Shown: piece after piece, positions 33,440 through 45,450 of the stretch
Layout: every line of letters begins with the position of its first letter
How positions within the stretch are numbered: the stretch's first letter is position 1
Assembly: GCF_056712565.1 (NCBI RefSeq)
Contig: NZ_CM160072.1
Length of the DNA: 64,000 bases
Reading direction: 5' to 3' (one strand)
Translations under genes and position numbers: made by a program
The notes under the pieces: generated by a model
Told to the model about the DNA's origin: nothing
The model's input: the letters and a program-made list of their open reading frames with translations, nothing else
Database searches by the model: none

Positions 33440-36400
33440 GTGAAGTTTTTTGCCCTCTTCATTTACCGCCCGGTGGCGACGATTTTACTGTCGGTCGCCA
33501 TTACCCTGTGCGGCATACTGGGTTTCCGTATGCTGCCAGTCGCCCCGCTGCCGCAGGTCGATTTTCCGGTGATCATGGTCAGCGCCTCGCTGCCCGGTGC
33601 GTCACCAGAAACAATGGCGTCTTCCGTTGCCACGCCGCTGGAGCGCTCACTTGGGCGCATTGCCGGAGTCAGCGAAATGACCTCCAGCAGTTCGCTCGGC
33701 AGCACGCGCATTATTTTGCAGTTTGATTTTGACCGGGATATCAACGGCGCAGCGCGCGATGTGCAGGCGGCGATCAACGCCGCGCAAAGTCTGCTACCCA
33801 GCGGGATGCCCAGCCGTCCGACCTATCGCAAAGCGAACCCGTCGGATGCGCCAATTATGATCCTCACGCTGACATCCGATACTTATTCGCAGGGTGAACT
33901 GTACGATTTCGCCTCGACACAGCTGGCTCCGACGATTTCGCAAATCGACGGTGTCGGTGATGTCGATGTTGGCGGCAGCTCGCTGCCCGCCGTACGCGTC
34001 GGGCTGAATCCGCAGGCGCTGTTTAATCAGGGCGTCTCGCTGGACGACGTACGCACCGCCATCAGCAATGCCAACGTGCGTAAACCGCAGGGGGCGCTGG
34101 AAGATGGTACTCACCGCTGGCAGATCCAGACTAACGATGAACTGAAAACCGCCGCTGAATATCAGCCACTGATTATTCATTACAACAACGGCGGCGCGGT
34201 TCGTCTGGGCGATGTGGCGACGGTGACCGACTCAGTACAGGATGTGCGCAACGCCGGGATGACCAACGCCAAACCGGCTATTTTGCTGATGATCCGCAAG
34301 CTGCCGGAAGCCAACATTATCCAGACGGTAGACAGCATCCGCGCCCGTCTGCCGGAATTACAATCCACCATCCCGGCAGCAATTGATCTGCAAATTGCCC
34401 AGGATCGCTCCCCTACTATCCGCGCGTCGCTGGAAGAGGTTGAGCAGACGCTGATTATCTCGGTGGCGCTGGTGATTCTGGTGGTGTTTTTGTTCCTGCG
34501 TTCGGGTCGCGCCACCATTATTCCCGCCGTTGCGGTGCCGGTTTCGCTGATTGGTACGTTTGCGGCGATGTACCTGTGTGGTTTCAGTCTCAATAATCTT
34601 TCGTTAATGGCGCTCACCATCGCCACTGGCTTTGTGGTGGATGACGCCATCGTGGTGCTGGAAAACATTGCCCGTCATCTGGAGGCGGGGATGAAACCGC
34701 TACAGGCCGCGCTGCAAGGTACTCGCGAAGTCGGCTTTACGGTGCTGTCGATGAGTCTGTCACTGGTGGCGGTGTTCCTGCCGCTGCTGTTGATGGGCGG
34801 ATTGCCGGGTCGCCTGTTACGCGAGTTTGCCGTGACGCTTTCTGTCGCCATTGGTATTTCGCTGCTGGTTTCCCTGACGTTAACGCCGATGATGTGCGGC
34901 TGGATGCTAAAAGCCAGCAAGCCGCGCGAGCAAAAGCGACTGCGTGGCTTTGGTCGCATGTTGGTAGCCCTGCAACAAGGCTATGGCAAGTCGCTGAAAT
35001 GGGTGCTCAATCATACCCGTCTGGTGGGCGTGGTGCTGCTTGGCACCATTGCGCTGAATATCTGGCTGTATATCTCGATCCCGAAAACCTTCTTCCCGGA
35101 GCAGGACACCGGCGTACTGATGGGCGGGATACAGGCTGACCAGAGTATTTCGTTTCAGGCGATGCGCGGTAAGTTGCAGGACTTCATGAAAATTATCCGT
35201 GACGATCCGGCGGTGGATAATGTCACCGGCTTTACCGGCGGTTCACGGGTGAACAGTGGAATGATGTTTATCACCCTTAAACCACGCGGCGAGCGGAGCG
35301 AAACGGCCCAACAGATTATCGATCGCTTGCGTAAAAAACTGGCGAAAGAACCGGGAGCGAATCTGTTCCTGATGGCGGTACAGGATATTCGCGTTGGCGG
35401 ACGTCAGGCTAACGCCAGTTACCAGTACACGTTGTTATCCGACGACCTGGCGGCACTGCGCGAATGGGAGCCGAAAATCCGCAAAAAACTGGCGACATTG
35501 CCAGAGCTGGCTGATGTTAACTCCGATCAGGAAGATAATGGCGCGGAGATGAACCTTATTTACGATCGCGACACCATGGCGCGATTGGGAATTGACGTGC
35601 AAGCCGCCAACAGCCTGTTAAATAACGCCTTCGGTCAGCGGCAAATCTCGACCATTTACCAGCCGATGAACCAGTACAAAGTGGTGATGGAAGTTGATCC
35701 GCGCTATACCCAGGACATCAGTGCACTGGAAAAAATGTTCGTTATCAATAACGAAGGAAAAGCGATCCCGCTGTCGTATTTCGCTAAATGGCAACCGGCG
35801 AACGCTCCACTGTCGGTGAATCATCAGGGATTATCGGCGGCCTCGACCATTTCGTTCAACCTGCCGACCGGGAAATCGCTCTCGGACGCCAGTGCGGCGA
35901 TCGATCGCGCAATGACCCAGCTTGGTGTGCCTTCGACGGTGCGCGGCAGTTTTGCCGGAACAGCGCAAGTGTTCCAGGAGACGATGAACTCACAGGTGAT
36001 CCTGATTATCGCCGCCATCGCCACGGTATATATCGTACTGGGTATCCTTTACGAGAGTTATGTGCATCCACTGACGATTCTCTCCACCCTACCCTCGGCG
36101 GGCGTCGGAGCGCTGTTGGCGCTGCAGCTGTTCAATGCCCCGTTCAGCCTAATTGCGCTGATAGGGATCATGTTATTAATCGGCATCGTGAAGAAAAACG
36201 CCATTATGATGGTCTATTTTGCGCTTGAAGCCCAACGGCACGGTAACCTGACGCCGCAGGAAGCTATTTTCCAGGCCTGTCTGCTGCGTTTTCGCCCGAT
36301 TATGATGACTACCCTGGCGGCGCTGTTTGGTGCGCTGCCGCTGGTATTGTCGGGCGGTGACGGCTCGGAGTTGCGGCAACCATTGGGGATCACCATTGTC

Positions 36401-36517
36401 GGCGGTCTGGTCATGAGCCAGCTTCTGACGCTGTATACCACGCCGGTGGTGTATCTCTTTTTCGACCGTCTGCGGCTGCGTTTTTCGCGTAAACCTAAAC
36501 AAGCGGTAACCGAGTAA
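33440..36517 (+). CDS. mdtC: RND efflux pump subunit
   Basis: 1025 aa, GTG start, paralogous to mdtB. Confidence 0.95.
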   Translation: MKFFALFIYRPVATILLSVAITLCGILGFRMLPVAPLPQVDFPVIMVSASLPGASPETMASSVATPLERSLGRIAGVSEMTSSSSLGSTRIILQFDFDRDINGAARDVQAAINAAQSLLPSGMPSRPTYRKANPSDAPIMILTLTSDTYSQGELYDFASTQLAPTISQIDGVGDVDVGGSSLPAVRVGLNPQALFNQGVSLDDVRTAISNANVRKPQGALEDGTHRWQIQTNDELKTAAEYQPLIIHYNNGGAVRLGDVATVTDSVQDVRNAGMTNAKPAILLMIRKLPEANIIQTVDSIRARLPELQSTIPAAIDLQIAQDRSPTIRASLEEVEQTLIISVALVILVVFLFLRSGRATIIPAVAVPVSLIGTFAAMYLCGFSLNNLSLMALTIATGFVVDDAIVVLENIARHLEAGMKPLQAALQGTREVGFTVLSMSLSLVAVFLPLLLMGGLPGRLLREFAVTLSVAIGISLLVSLTLTPMMCGWMLKASKPREQKRLRGFGRMLVALQQGYGKSLKWVLNHTRLVGVVLLGTIALNIWLYISIPKTFFPEQDTGVLMGGIQADQSISFQAMRGKLQDFMKIIRDDPAVDNVTGFTGGSRVNSGMMFITLKPRGERSETAQQIIDRLRKKLAKEPGANLFLMAVQDIRVGGRQANASYQYTLLSDDLAALREWEPKIRKKLATLPELADVNSDQEDNGAEMNLIYDRDTMARLGIDVQAANSLLNNAFGQRQISTIYQPMNQYKVVMEVDPRYTQDISALEKMFVINNEGKAIPLSYFAKWQPANAPLSVNHQGLSAASTISFNLPTGKSLSDASAAIDRAMTQLGVPSTVRGSFAGTAQVFQETMNSQVILIIAAIATVYIVLGILYESYVHPLTILSTLPSAGVGALLALQLFNAPFSLIALIGIMLLIGIVKKNAIMMVYFALEAQRHGNLTPQEAIFQACLLRFRPIMMTTLAALFGALPLVLSGGDGSELRQPLGITIVGGLVMSQLLTLYTTPVVYLFFDRLRLRFSRKPKQAVTE

Positions 36518-37933
36518 ATGACAGATCTTCCCGACAGCACCCGCTGGCAATTGTGGATTGTGGCTTTCGGCTTCTTTATGCAGTCGCTGGACACCACCAT
36601 CGTTAACACCGCGCTTCCCTCAATGGCGCAAAGCCTCGGGGAAAGTCCGTTGCATATGCACATGGTCATTGTCTCTTATGTACTGACCGTGGCGGTGATG
36701 CTGCCCGCCAGCGGCTGGCTGGCGGACAAAGTCGGCGTGCGCAATATTTTCTTTACCGCCATCGTGCTGTTTACTCTCGGTTCACTGTTTTGCGCGCTTT
36801 CCGGCACGCTGAACGAACTGTTGCTGGCACGCGCGCTACAGGGCGTTGGCGGCGCGATGATGGTGCCGGTCGGCAGGTTGACGGTGATGAAAATCGTACC
36901 ACGCGAGCAATATATGGCGGCGATGACCTTTGTCACGCTGCCCGGTCAGGTCGGGCCGCTGCTTGGCCCGGCGCTCGGAGGTCTGCTGGTGGAGTACGCA
37001 TCGTGGCACTGGATCTTTTTGATCAACATTCCGGTGGGGATTATTGGCGCGATCGCCACACTGATGTTAATGCCGAACTACACCATGCAGACGCGGCGCT
37101 TTGATCTCTCCGGCTTTCTGTTGCTGGCGGTTGGCATGGCAGTCTTAACCCTGGCGCTGGACGGCAGTAAAGGTACAGGTTTCTCGCCGCTGGCGATTGC
37201 TGGCCTGGTCGCAGTTGGCGTGGTAGCACTGGTGCTTTATCTGCTGCACGCCCAAAATAACAACCGCGCCCTGTTCAGTCTGAAACTGTTCCGCACTCGT
37301 ACCTTTTCGCTGGGCCTGGCGGGGAGCTTTGCCGGACGTATTGGCAGTGGCATGTTGCCCTTTATGACACCGGTTTTCCTGCAAATTGGTCTCGGTTTCT
37401 CGCCGTTTCATGCCGGACTGATGATGATCCCGATGGTACTCGGCAGCATGGGAATGAAGCGAATTGTGGTACAGGTAGTGAATCGCTTTGGTTATCGTCG
37501 GGTACTGGTGGCGACCACGCTGGGCCTGTCGCTGGTCACCCTGTTGTTTATGACTACCGCTCTGCTGGGCTGGTACTACGTTTTGCCGTTCGTCCTGTTT
37601 TTACAAGGAATGGTCAACTCGACGCGTTTCTCCTCCATGAACACCCTGACGCTGAAAGATCTCCCGGACAACCTGGCGAGCAGCGGCAACAGTCTGCTGT
37701 CGATGATTATGCAATTGTCGATGAGTATTGGCGTCACCATCGCCGGGCTGTTGCTGGGACTTTTTGGTTCGCAGCATGTCAGCGTCGACAGCGGCACCAC
37801 ACAAACCGTCTTTATGTACACCTGGCTTAGCATGGCGTTTATCATCGCCCTTCCGGCGTTTGTCTTTGCCAGAGTGCCGAGCGATACGCATCAAAATGTG
37901 GCTATTTCACGGCGAAAAAGGAGCGCGCAATGA
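36518..37933 (+). CDS. mdtD: MFS transporter (14-TM DHA2-like)
   Basis: 471 aa, abuts the mdtC stop. Confidence 0.92.
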   Translation: MTDLPDSTRWQLWIVAFGFFMQSLDTTIVNTALPSMAQSLGESPLHMHMVIVSYVLTVAVMLPASGWLADKVGVRNIFFTAIVLFTLGSLFCALSGTLNELLLARALQGVGGAMMVPVGRLTVMKIVPREQYMAAMTFVTLPGQVGPLLGPALGGLLVEYASWHWIFLINIPVGIIGAIATLMLMPNYTMQTRRFDLSGFLLLAVGMAVLTLALDGSKGTGFSPLAIAGLVAVGVVALVLYLLHAQNNNRALFSLKLFRTRTFSLGLAGSFAGRIGSGMLPFMTPVFLQIGLGFSPFHAGLMMIPMVLGSMGMKRIVVQVVNRFGYRRVLVATTLGLSLVTLLFMTTALLGWYYVLPFVLFLQGMVNSTRFSSMNTLTLKDLPDNLASSGNSLLSMIMQLSMSIGVTIAGLLLGLFGSQHVSVDSGTTQTVFMYTWLSMAFIIALPAFVFARVPSDTHQNVAISRRKRSAQ

Positions 37934-39333
37934 AGTTCTGGCGACCCGGTATTACCGGCAAACTGTTTCTGGCGATTTTCGCCACCTGCATTGTCTTATT
38001 GATCACGATGCACTGGGCGGTACGTATCAGTTTTGAGCGCGGCTTTATCGATTACATCAAGCATGGTAATGAACAACGGCTGCAAATGCTCGGCGATGCG
38101 CTTGGTGAGCAGTACGCCCAGCACGGGAACTGGCGCTTCCTGCGTAATAACGATCGCTTTGTATTTCAGATCCTACGTTCACTGGAGCATGATAACAACG
38201 AAGATAAGCCCGGCCCCGGTATGCCACCACACGGCTGGCGCACGCAATTTTGGGTGGTTGATCAAAATAATAAAGTGCTGGTTGGCCCGCGAGCACCGGT
38301 TCCACCCGACGGCACACGGCGGCCCATTATGGTCAATGGTGCGGAAGTTGGCGCGGTGATCGCCTCCCCTGTTGAACGACTGACCCGTAATACTGATATC
38401 AATTTTGACAGACAACAGCGGCAAACCAGTTGGCTGATTGTGGCTTTATCTACCTTATTAGCGGCGCTGGCGACATTCCCACTGGCGCGCGGTTTGCTGG
38501 CTCCGGTAAAACGACTGGTGGATGGCACGCACAAACTGGCAGCGGGTGATTTCACTACTCGCGTAGCCCCCACCAGCGAAGATGAGTTGGGCAGACTGGC
38601 AGAGGATTTCAATCAACTCGCCAGCACACTGGAGAAAAACCAGCAGATGCGCCGCGATTTTATGGCCGATATTTCTCATGAACTGCGCACGCCTTTAGCA
38701 GTACTGCGCGGCGAACTGGAAGCCATTCAGGATGGTGTGCGTAAATTCACGCCGGAGACGCTGGCTTCTTTACAGGCAGAAGTCGGAACACTGACAAAAC
38801 TGGTTGACGATCTCCATCAATTGTCTATGTCTGATGAAGGCGCTCTCGCCTATCAAAAAGCACCGGTAGATTTGATCCCACTGCTGGAAGTGGCGGGAGG
38901 CGCATTTCGCGAACGATTCGCCAGCCGTGGCCTGAAATTGCAATTTTCCCTGCCAGACAGTATTACCGTATTTGGCGATCGCGATCGTTTAATGCAGTTG
39001 TTCAATAACTTACTGGAAAACAGCCTGCGCTACACTGACAGCGGCGGCAGCCTGAAAATCTCTGCCGAACAGCACGACAAAACGGTGCGCCTGACCTTTG
39101 CCGACAGTGCGCCGGGTGTCAGTGACGATCAGCTACAAAAATTGTTTGAACGTTTTTATCGCACCGAAGGTTCCCGCAACCGCGCCAGCGGTGGTTCCGG
39201 GCTGGGGCTGGCGATTTGCCTGAACATTGTTGAAGCACATAACGGCCGCATTATTGCCGCCCATTCGCCTTTTGGCGGGCTTAGCATTACAGTAGAGTTA
39301 CCGCTGGAACGGGATTTACAGAGAGAAGTATGA
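37930..39333 (+). CDS. baeS: Envelope-stress sensor histidine kinase
   Basis: 467 aa. H-box [15 protein letters not shown] and HATPase motifs (GGSGLGLAI). ATGA overlap with mdtD. Confidence 0.95.
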
Positions 39334-40052
39334 CCGAGTTACCAATCGACGAAAACACACCGCGTATTTTGATCGTGGAAGATGAACCGAAGCTGGGGCA
39401 GTTGCTCATTGATTATCTGCGTGCTGCGAGCTATGCGCCAACGTTGATTAGCCACGGCGATCAGGTACTGCCATATGTGCGCCAGACACCACCGGATCTG
39501 ATCCTGTTGGATCTGATGCTCCCTGGCACCGATGGCCTGACGCTGTGCCGGGAAATTCGTCGTTTTTCTGACATTCCGATCGTGATGGTGACGGCAAAAA
39601 TCGAAGAGATCGACCGCCTGCTGGGGTTGGAGATTGGCGCAGATGACTATATCTGCAAGCCGTACAGCCCACGGGAAGTGGTAGCGCGCGTCAAAACCAT
39701 TTTGCGCCGTTGCAAACCGCAGCGTGAGTTGCAGCAACAGGATGCTGAAAGCCCGTTGATTATCGACGAAGGTCGTTTTCAGGCTTCCTGGCGCGGTAAA
39801 ATGCTTGACCTGACGCCTGCAGAATTTCGTCTGCTGAAAACGCTCTCTCATGAACCAGGAAAAGTGTTCTCCCGCGAGCAGTTGCTGAACCATCTTTATG
39901 ACGACTACCGCGTGGTAACCGACCGTACCATCGACAGCCACATTAAAAACCTGCGCCGCAAGCTGGAATCTCTCGACGCCGAACAGTCATTTATCCGCGC
40001 CGTTTACGGCGTCGGTTACCGCTGGGAAGCCGACGCCTGCCGCATCGTTTAA
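39330..40052 (+). CDS. baeR: OmpR-family response regulator
   Basis: 240 aa. Receiver domain ILIVEDE...[11 protein letters not shown] and a winged-helix C-terminus. Confidence 0.95.
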
Positions 40053-40231
40053 CATTTTTACCTGCCGGAGATGGCCTTCAGACCAGATCCGGCAACATTA
40101 TCCCACGCATGGTCAGCAAACTGACATTATCTCTCCGCCCTGGCAGGCACCAGAAAATCGCTCATACTTTAATTGGCAAACAGTACCTTTAGATGCTGTT
40201 TTCGATACGCAATTTCAATCAAGGAGTCATT

Positions 40232-40564
40232 ATGGCTGGTTGGTTTGAACTCAGTAAGAGCAGTGATAATCAGTTCCGGTTTGTGCTAAAAGCGGGCAAT
40301 GGTGAGACTATCCTCACCAGCGAGCTGTATACCTCAAAAGCCTCTGCGGAAAAGGGCATCGCGTCGGTGCGTAGCAACAGCCCGCAAGAAGAACGCTATG
40401 AGAAAAAAACGGCAAGCAATGGCAAATTCTATTTCAATCTGAAAGCCGCCAATCATCAAATTATCGGCTCCAGCCAGATGTATGCCACCGCGCAATCTCG
40501 TGAAACCGGAATTGCCTCCGTTAAAGTAAATGGCACAAGCCAGACGGTGAAAGACAATACGTAA
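40232..40564 (+). CDS. yegP: DUF1508-repeat protein YegP
   Basis: Start set at MAGWFELSKSSDNQFRFVLKAGNGE, giving 110 aa, after SD AAGGAG. Two internal repeats (FRFVLKAGNGETILTSE / FYFNLKAANHQIIGSS). Confidence 0.88.
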   Translation: MAGWFELSKSSDNQFRFVLKAGNGETILTSELYTSKASAEKGIASVRSNSPQEERYEKKTASNGKFYFNLKAANHQIIGSSQMYATAQSRETGIASVKVNGTSQTVKDNT

Positions 40565-40571
40565 TTACGAT

Positions 40572-40604
40572 GCCGGGCGTAGGTTGTTGGCGTCCGGCTT
40601 TATA
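40572..40604 (+). terminator. Putative yegP terminator
   Basis: Stem GCCGGGCG / CGTCCGGC (one G-U pair) with an 11-nt loop, followed by TTTATAT. Confidence 0.55.
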
Positions 40605-40688
40605 TCAAAATAACGCTTATTTATTGATAATTAAGATTAACCTCCGTCATTAAAATAATGAGTAAATAAGTTTCAGTATCAGAATTTA

Positions 40689-41303
40689 TCACGCCCCACA
40701 ATCACCAATCTGATCCACCACCGTCAGATACCAGTCACTGTCATAACTGTAAAGTTGACTTAAATAAAATACCAGTCCATCGTTACTCTCTTCTGGCGCA
40801 GCGACCACACGCACGGCCCCGTATTCCATTCGACGCGCTGCGGCAATCTGCGCATCAGAAATAGTATTTTGCGGTGAACCAAACATCTGCGTGAAGACCA
40901 AACTACGGCTGACTTTATGGTGAACATCGCTATTGCTAATAAAATACCCCTGCTTATTCCAGCCACGTTCGCAGTTAAATTTCGGGATAGCTTTCTTATT
41001 AAATTCGTCATCTCGCGGAACATGTTCCCCTGCCGAGGGCCATGGGAAATACTCGGGAACAGGTTGCCTGAAATTAATTTGCTTAAGATTTTCAACATCC
41101 ATCGAAGCACCACGGTGGAAAAGAACATACAAACCCGTTTTTTTATCAATTAACGAGTTGATTAATTGGGCATCTTCTTGCTGAAAGCCCATAATCACCT
41201 TTCTGGCTGTTTCCTCCAGCGTACACCCGGCATTGGCGGGTAAAGAAAAGAATATCAGCCCCACCAGCATCATTCCTTTTTTTAACATCAGCATTGTTTG
41301 CAT
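40689..41303 (-). CDS. Exported protein or possible lipoprotein of unknown function (island gene 4)
   Basis: 204 aa. Signal peptide MLKKGMMLVGLIFFSLPANAGC with Cys27. AT-rich codon usage. Last gene of a same-strand four-gene block. Confidence 0.6.
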   Translation of the reverse strand: MQTMLMLKKGMMLVGLIFFSLPANAGCTLEETARKVIMGFQQEDAQLINSLIDKKTGLYVLFHRGASMDVENLKQINFRQPVPEYFPWPSAGEHVPRDDEFNKKAIPKFNCERGWNKQGYFISNSDVHHKVSRSLVFTQMFGSPQNTISDAQIAAARRMEYGAVRVVAAPEESNDGLVFYLSQLYSYDSDWYLTVVDQIGDCGA

Positions 41304-41354
41304 CTTCTCATCATGGGGCTCATATTACACATTTAACAATTTTCAGGATAAACC

Positions 41355-43463
41355 TTACACCATACTGTTAACCTGGCCGGGTAATTCGCTAGCTGGAATA
41401 CGAAAGGTATACCAGGCATAACGACAGCGTTTCCACAGGCTGGAGAAATGGAGATGATAAAGGCAATCTGCAATAATTTCGTTATCTGGATATAAAGACT
41501 CGGCAAAATGTGTCCAGCGCGCACTGAGTTTCATGTTAAACAGTTTTTCATCTTCTTTGTTACCATACAGGCGCGACAAAGTAATCATTGCTTCGAGCGT
41601 ACCTTTATTCGCTTCTTCTTGTACCTGTTGGAGGTGCAAATGAGCAAGTGAGAGTTCTTTCACCTCAAAGATATTAAGTAAAAAAAGCCCCCATGCTTTT
41701 TCATGTCCAGCTTCATGAGCCAGAAATAAATTGTCAAGGAGATTTTTTTCATAAATAGCCCGTGTTTCTTTAGAAATTTCTTGTTTATTTAGTGCCTGGT
41801 AGCAGATAGCAATGCTAAAATAAATATTTTGTAGATCTTGTTGATGTTCGCTATAACCATAATTTTTTACCAGTGGATAAGATACCGAGCTATGGAAATT
41901 TAGGTCATCTTGAAGTATTTTAAGTGCCCGTCGAAAATACTCCAAAGCTGTAGATGGTTCATAAGGTAATTTTGTATTGTCTTCCTTATCCAAATATTCA
42001 AGAGCAACTAAATTTAATGCGGCAGGAATATTTCTTTGCTTACCAATTGTCGCAAGCGGAATGAAATAATCAGAAAGGTCAAACCAACTCAAATCTTTTA
42101 TTGCCGACCGCCAATTATGATTGTATTTAATGTCACTAGCTTTTTCCAGCCAAGCATCGCCCTGCCCTTCATCTTTTTCAAAACCCAAAATACCCTCTCG
42201 CTGGAAAAACCCCCTATAAATAACAGGTGTAGCATAAGTTGTATTCTGTGAATTTTGGCAGATAAAATTATATATCCAGAATGAATCTGGATAATAACTT
42301 AATGCAAATTTTATCGCGTACGCAGTGTAATAATTATTGAGCTTCATGTCTTCCATCACCGCTCGCTGTATACAGCACCACAACTTATCGTGATCGTTCT
42401 GCTTGTTATAGCAGGCAAGTAACCACTCTAGGGCATTATGGCGACATTCCTGAAATTGTGCGTACTGAGCAATATTCTCTGCTAAGTCGATTGCATATTG
42501 TTGCTCCTCGGGCGCAATGTCCTCAATGCTGACATCTCGGTAATCATCCCACCAAAGTAAGAGATCCATATAGTCATGTTCTTCGGTAGATAAGTGCTTA
42601 CAGGTTACTGAATCCAGCAATTCGGAAATTTCTTTATGCGACCCTCCCCAGCGTGGCATTCGAAATGGTATATATTCAACAAAAGGATAAAAAGTGTGAG
42701 GAAAAATAGTCAGGCAAACAGAAAGCCAATATTTTTGCCCACCATCATCATCATACTCAGGAAGTATATTGGGGCGAGGCAAAACGGGGCATATTGCATG
42801 CTCAAACGAAAGTCCGGAATACGCCATCAACGCTTCCACTTCTTGCGGGGAGCGGCGGTGATAATTTTTCAGTGCGATCATTAATGGTATTCCTGCGACA
42901 CTATCACCGTTAAGGTGTGCCGCCAGCCAGGCTGGCTGACCAAATACTTTTGAGTTGGTGCTGGTAAGTAATGCAGCCATCCATTGTCGTGGGTCACAAT
43001 CAATTGCTTTAAGTGTAGCGATGACCATTTGTTCATTACATGCACCAGCACAAAGCCACATTGCATGTGTGGTATCATTTGCCCAGCCATAACTGCGATA
43101 TAACCATGCACGGTGATTCCAGTATTGTGCTTCGGCAAGCCAGGCATGTGTAGAATGAGGTCTTGCTTGCTGCCAGGTTTTAATGAGTCTTAAACCTTCT
43201 GTTCCGGCATCAACTAGCGTGTTCATATCATAAAAATAGTTGCACATTTGGGTCCAGGATAAAAAATAGCGCTTTTCAGCCTGACGAGAAGTGAAACTCT
43301 CCTGTAATACCTGGTTATAAATTTCATCTAGTTCCTGATAACGTTTTTCTTGTAACATATAAGGAATATTTGCGATTTGCCATTTTCTCTCAAGAGTATT
43401 AAGTGGCATTTTTTGGTCACACATCTTTTGCATTGCACTGAGTAAACGAGCATCCTGTTCCAT
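41355..43463 (-). CDS. Large all-alpha repeat protein: DUF4034-like N-terminal half, Sel1/TPR-like C-terminal half (island gene 3)
   Basis: Start moved to MEQDARLL (ATG at 43463, SD AAGGA 6 nt upstream), giving 702 aa. Trp-rich helical repeats AWLAEAQYWNHRAWLYRSYGWA and PRWGGSHKEI. Later Sel1-like units (ALEYFRRALK, GTLEAMITLSRLYGNKED). Family assignment is from memory only. Confidence 0.55.
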   Translation of the reverse strand: MEQDARLLSAMQKMCDQKMPLNTLERKWQIANIPYMLQEKRYQELDEIYNQVLQESFTSRQAEKRYFLSWTQMCNYFYDMNTLVDAGTEGLRLIKTWQQARPHSTHAWLAEAQYWNHRAWLYRSYGWANDTTHAMWLCAGACNEQMVIATLKAIDCDPRQWMAALLTSTNSKVFGQPAWLAAHLNGDSVAGIPLMIALKNYHRRSPQEVEALMAYSGLSFEHAICPVLPRPNILPEYDDDGGQKYWLSVCLTIFPHTFYPFVEYIPFRMPRWGGSHKEISELLDSVTCKHLSTEEHDYMDLLLWWDDYRDVSIEDIAPEEQQYAIDLAENIAQYAQFQECRHNALEWLLACYNKQNDHDKLWCCIQRAVMEDMKLNNYYTAYAIKFALSYYPDSFWIYNFICQNSQNTTYATPVIYRGFFQREGILGFEKDEGQGDAWLEKASDIKYNHNWRSAIKDLSWFDLSDYFIPLATIGKQRNIPAALNLVALEYLDKEDNTKLPYEPSTALEYFRRALKILQDDLNFHSSVSYPLVKNYGYSEHQQDLQNIYFSIAICYQALNKQEISKETRAIYEKNLLDNLFLAHEAGHEKAWGLFLLNIFEVKELSLAHLHLQQVQEEANKGTLEAMITLSRLYGNKEDEKLFNMKLSARWTHFAESLYPDNEIIADCLYHLHFSSLWKRCRYAWYTFRIPASELPGQVNSMV

Positions 43464-43473
43464 AGATATCCTT

Positions 43474-44190
43474 TTAATTAGGTTCAAAAATTTTAAATTC
43501 ATTCCACGGCAATTTTTTCCAGTTACTGGATGGATCTTTCAACCATGCAGTGACTTCCTTTAAATCACGGTTCGCAGTGGCGACGGGGGTATCGTATATC
43601 ATTAACCATTTTTGTCGGGCGCGAACATAAGCACTGGCATAATCTTCCCATGAAGCGAAACAATCTTGTGCTCTTTGAGCATTCAGTAATAACACTATCC
43701 AGGCCTGGTTTTCATCGCACCAGCCTAAACCGGCGATGCAACGAGTTAAAAAAGCAGTGCGCATACAGTCAAACGCCAGCCCATCCAGAACCTGGCCTTG
43801 TGCTGCCAGTTGTTCGTAAAAATCATGTGGAGAATTACCAAGCCCTGTAGCCCAGCGCTGTAATATAACGCCAATTTGTTGACGGAAATCTTCGTTGCTT
43901 TGGTAAGTTTCTGTTCCTAGCTCTTGTTTAACCTGTAGTGCAAGTTGTTGACGCTTATCATCAGTCAACTTTAAATCTAACGTGAAGCCATTTACTGACA
44001 GTCCATTACGACGAGCAACTATATCACCAATTGCTAATGCCCACTTACGTCTCTTTGTTGCTCGTCTTTTGTCCTTGATTAGATCCTTTTCTTTTTCTTT
44101 AGCAATAAAAGCATCGATTTGTGGTTTGTTTTTTTTGTATCTATAGATAAAAATAAATATTGCGACCAGGAGAACAATGATAAGACTCAT
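43474..44190 (-). CDS. Membrane-anchored DUF1266-like protein (island gene 2)
   Basis: 238 aa. N-terminal TM helix SLIIVLLVAIFIFIY, a Lys-rich linker, then GLAFDCMRTAFLTRCIAGLGWCDENQAWIVLLLNAQRAQDCFASWEDYASAYV, which resembles the DUF1266 (YbeR/YbeU) family. Confidence 0.55.
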   Translation of the reverse strand: MSLIIVLLVAIFIFIYRYKKNKPQIDAFIAKEKEKDLIKDKRRATKRRKWALAIGDIVARRNGLSVNGFTLDLKLTDDKRQQLALQVKQELGTETYQSNEDFRQQIGVILQRWATGLGNSPHDFYEQLAAQGQVLDGLAFDCMRTAFLTRCIAGLGWCDENQAWIVLLLNAQRAQDCFASWEDYASAYVRARQKWLMIYDTPVATANRDLKEVTAWLKDPSSNWKKLPWNEFKIFEPN

Positions 44191-45404
44191 TATTTTTCAA
44201 CCTCTGACAGGGGTAAGTAATGAGATGTCTGTAATGTCAAACTCTCTATCTCAAAGGAAATGTTGCTGATATTTTGACCTGCAAATTGCGGATGCCACTC
44301 AGCGCCAGGGAATAACATTTCCGCAGAAGTAGCAACTATAGGGTCAATAGCATTAAGATAATGTAACTTATCAGGTGCGCTGTGTAACAGTAACCACTGC
44401 AACTCCACTGAAGGATTTGTAAAATGTTCTAATAAATGAAAGTTATTATGTAGTACGCTTAGTAAAAAACTGGTTTCGTATACTTCCGTTACATATTTCC
44501 ACCCCTGATATTCAGGTGTATTTTCATAAACAATACCCATACCTTCACAATCACTATGTCGAACTGCTTGTGGTGATAATAGTTGCAAAAGAGACAAAAC
44601 ATCGTCCGCATATTTTTTAACTGGATGACGATTTTGCTTACCTTTTATTTGATCAATTTCAAGTGAATCACCAACAACATTGAGAGCAATAGTAACATGA
44701 GGAATATTATTATTATCACGCAAACTGAATAACCGTAATTTATGTTGCTCAATTTGATTTGCATAATACTCACCATAACCACCGGTAAGATTTTTTCGAT
44801 CATCAAACTGGCCTACGCAATGTTGCATATGCCATGATTCATAAGCCATTTCACGACGAAGGTTCGAATGACTGGCATCAAACTCAACAATTTTTCCGTC
44901 TGGCACATCAAGTATTGACTTTACAGTATTTTGTTCACTCGGCTGCCACCCTTTCTCGCGTCGTTGAAGCATCTTTTCATGCTCTTCTTCACGCATTCTG
45001 AACGCAACGTAGCAGGTTATGCGCTGTAGTTTTGATTCCAGACGGGTACCACATTTCCTGGAAAGAAATTCCACCAACTCCCGTTCTTTGGTTAATATTT
45101 GTTGATGATCGGTTTCGATATAATAAAGTGTCGCAGTTGATACTGAGGCAGTATTAAACTTCGATACCAGCCATTCCGGGATTACATCATCATTTTTATT
45201 AAACAGTGAATATTCTGCAAGCGAGTTAATTTGTTGCACCATTGGAAAGTCACTAATTAGCCATCGATAAAAATGGTTGAGTAACCATTTTTGGATGGTC
45301 TCATTATCCTGGCGAAACAGACTTCTTTGCAAAATTGCTGTTTTTACTTCCGGGGCATTAATTACATCCCTTGCATTATAATTCTGGTGAATATTTCCAG
45401 TCAT
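44190..45404 (-). CDS. PcfJ-like domain protein (island gene 1)
   Basis: 404 aa. The motif region REMAYESWHMQHCVGQF...KLRLFSLRDNNNIPHVTIAL resembles the PcfJ-like family core. TAATG 1-nt overlap with the next gene. Confidence 0.5.
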   Translation of the reverse strand: MTGNIHQNYNARDVINAPEVKTAILQRSLFRQDNETIQKWLLNHFYRWLISDFPMVQQINSLAEYSLFNKNDDVIPEWLVSKFNTASVSTATLYYIETDHQQILTKERELVEFLSRKCGTRLESKLQRITCYVAFRMREEEHEKMLQRREKGWQPSEQNTVKSILDVPDGKIVEFDASHSNLRREMAYESWHMQHCVGQFDDRKNLTGGYGEYYANQIEQHKLRLFSLRDNNNIPHVTIALNVVGDSLEIDQIKGKQNRHPVKKYADDVLSLLQLLSPQAVRHSDCEGMGIVYENTPEYQGWKYVTEVYETSFLLSVLHNNFHLLEHFTNPSVELQWLLLHSAPDKLHYLNAIDPIVATSAEMLFPGAEWHPQFAGQNISNISFEIESLTLQTSHYLPLSEVEK

Positions 45405-45421
45405 AACATCCGCCCGTGTTT

Positions 45422-45450
45422 ATTATATCACTCAAAGCAATAATTGTTGA
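45422..45450 (-). promoter_or_regulatory. Candidate sigma70 promoter of the island operon
   Basis: The minus strand reads TCAACA, 17 nt, then TGATATAAT (extended -10 with a perfect TATAAT), ending 18 nt before the ATG at 45404. Confidence 0.4.

Noticed and set aside
40616-40637. Possible direct repeats flanking the four-gene island: 40616-40637 (CTTATTTATTGATAATTAAGAT) and 45576-45599 (TTTATTTTAGTGAATAATTGAGAT).
   Set aside because: The sequence is low-complexity AT-rich and needs several indels to align. It is not convincing as att sites or a target duplication. The real junctions need a comparison with an empty locus.
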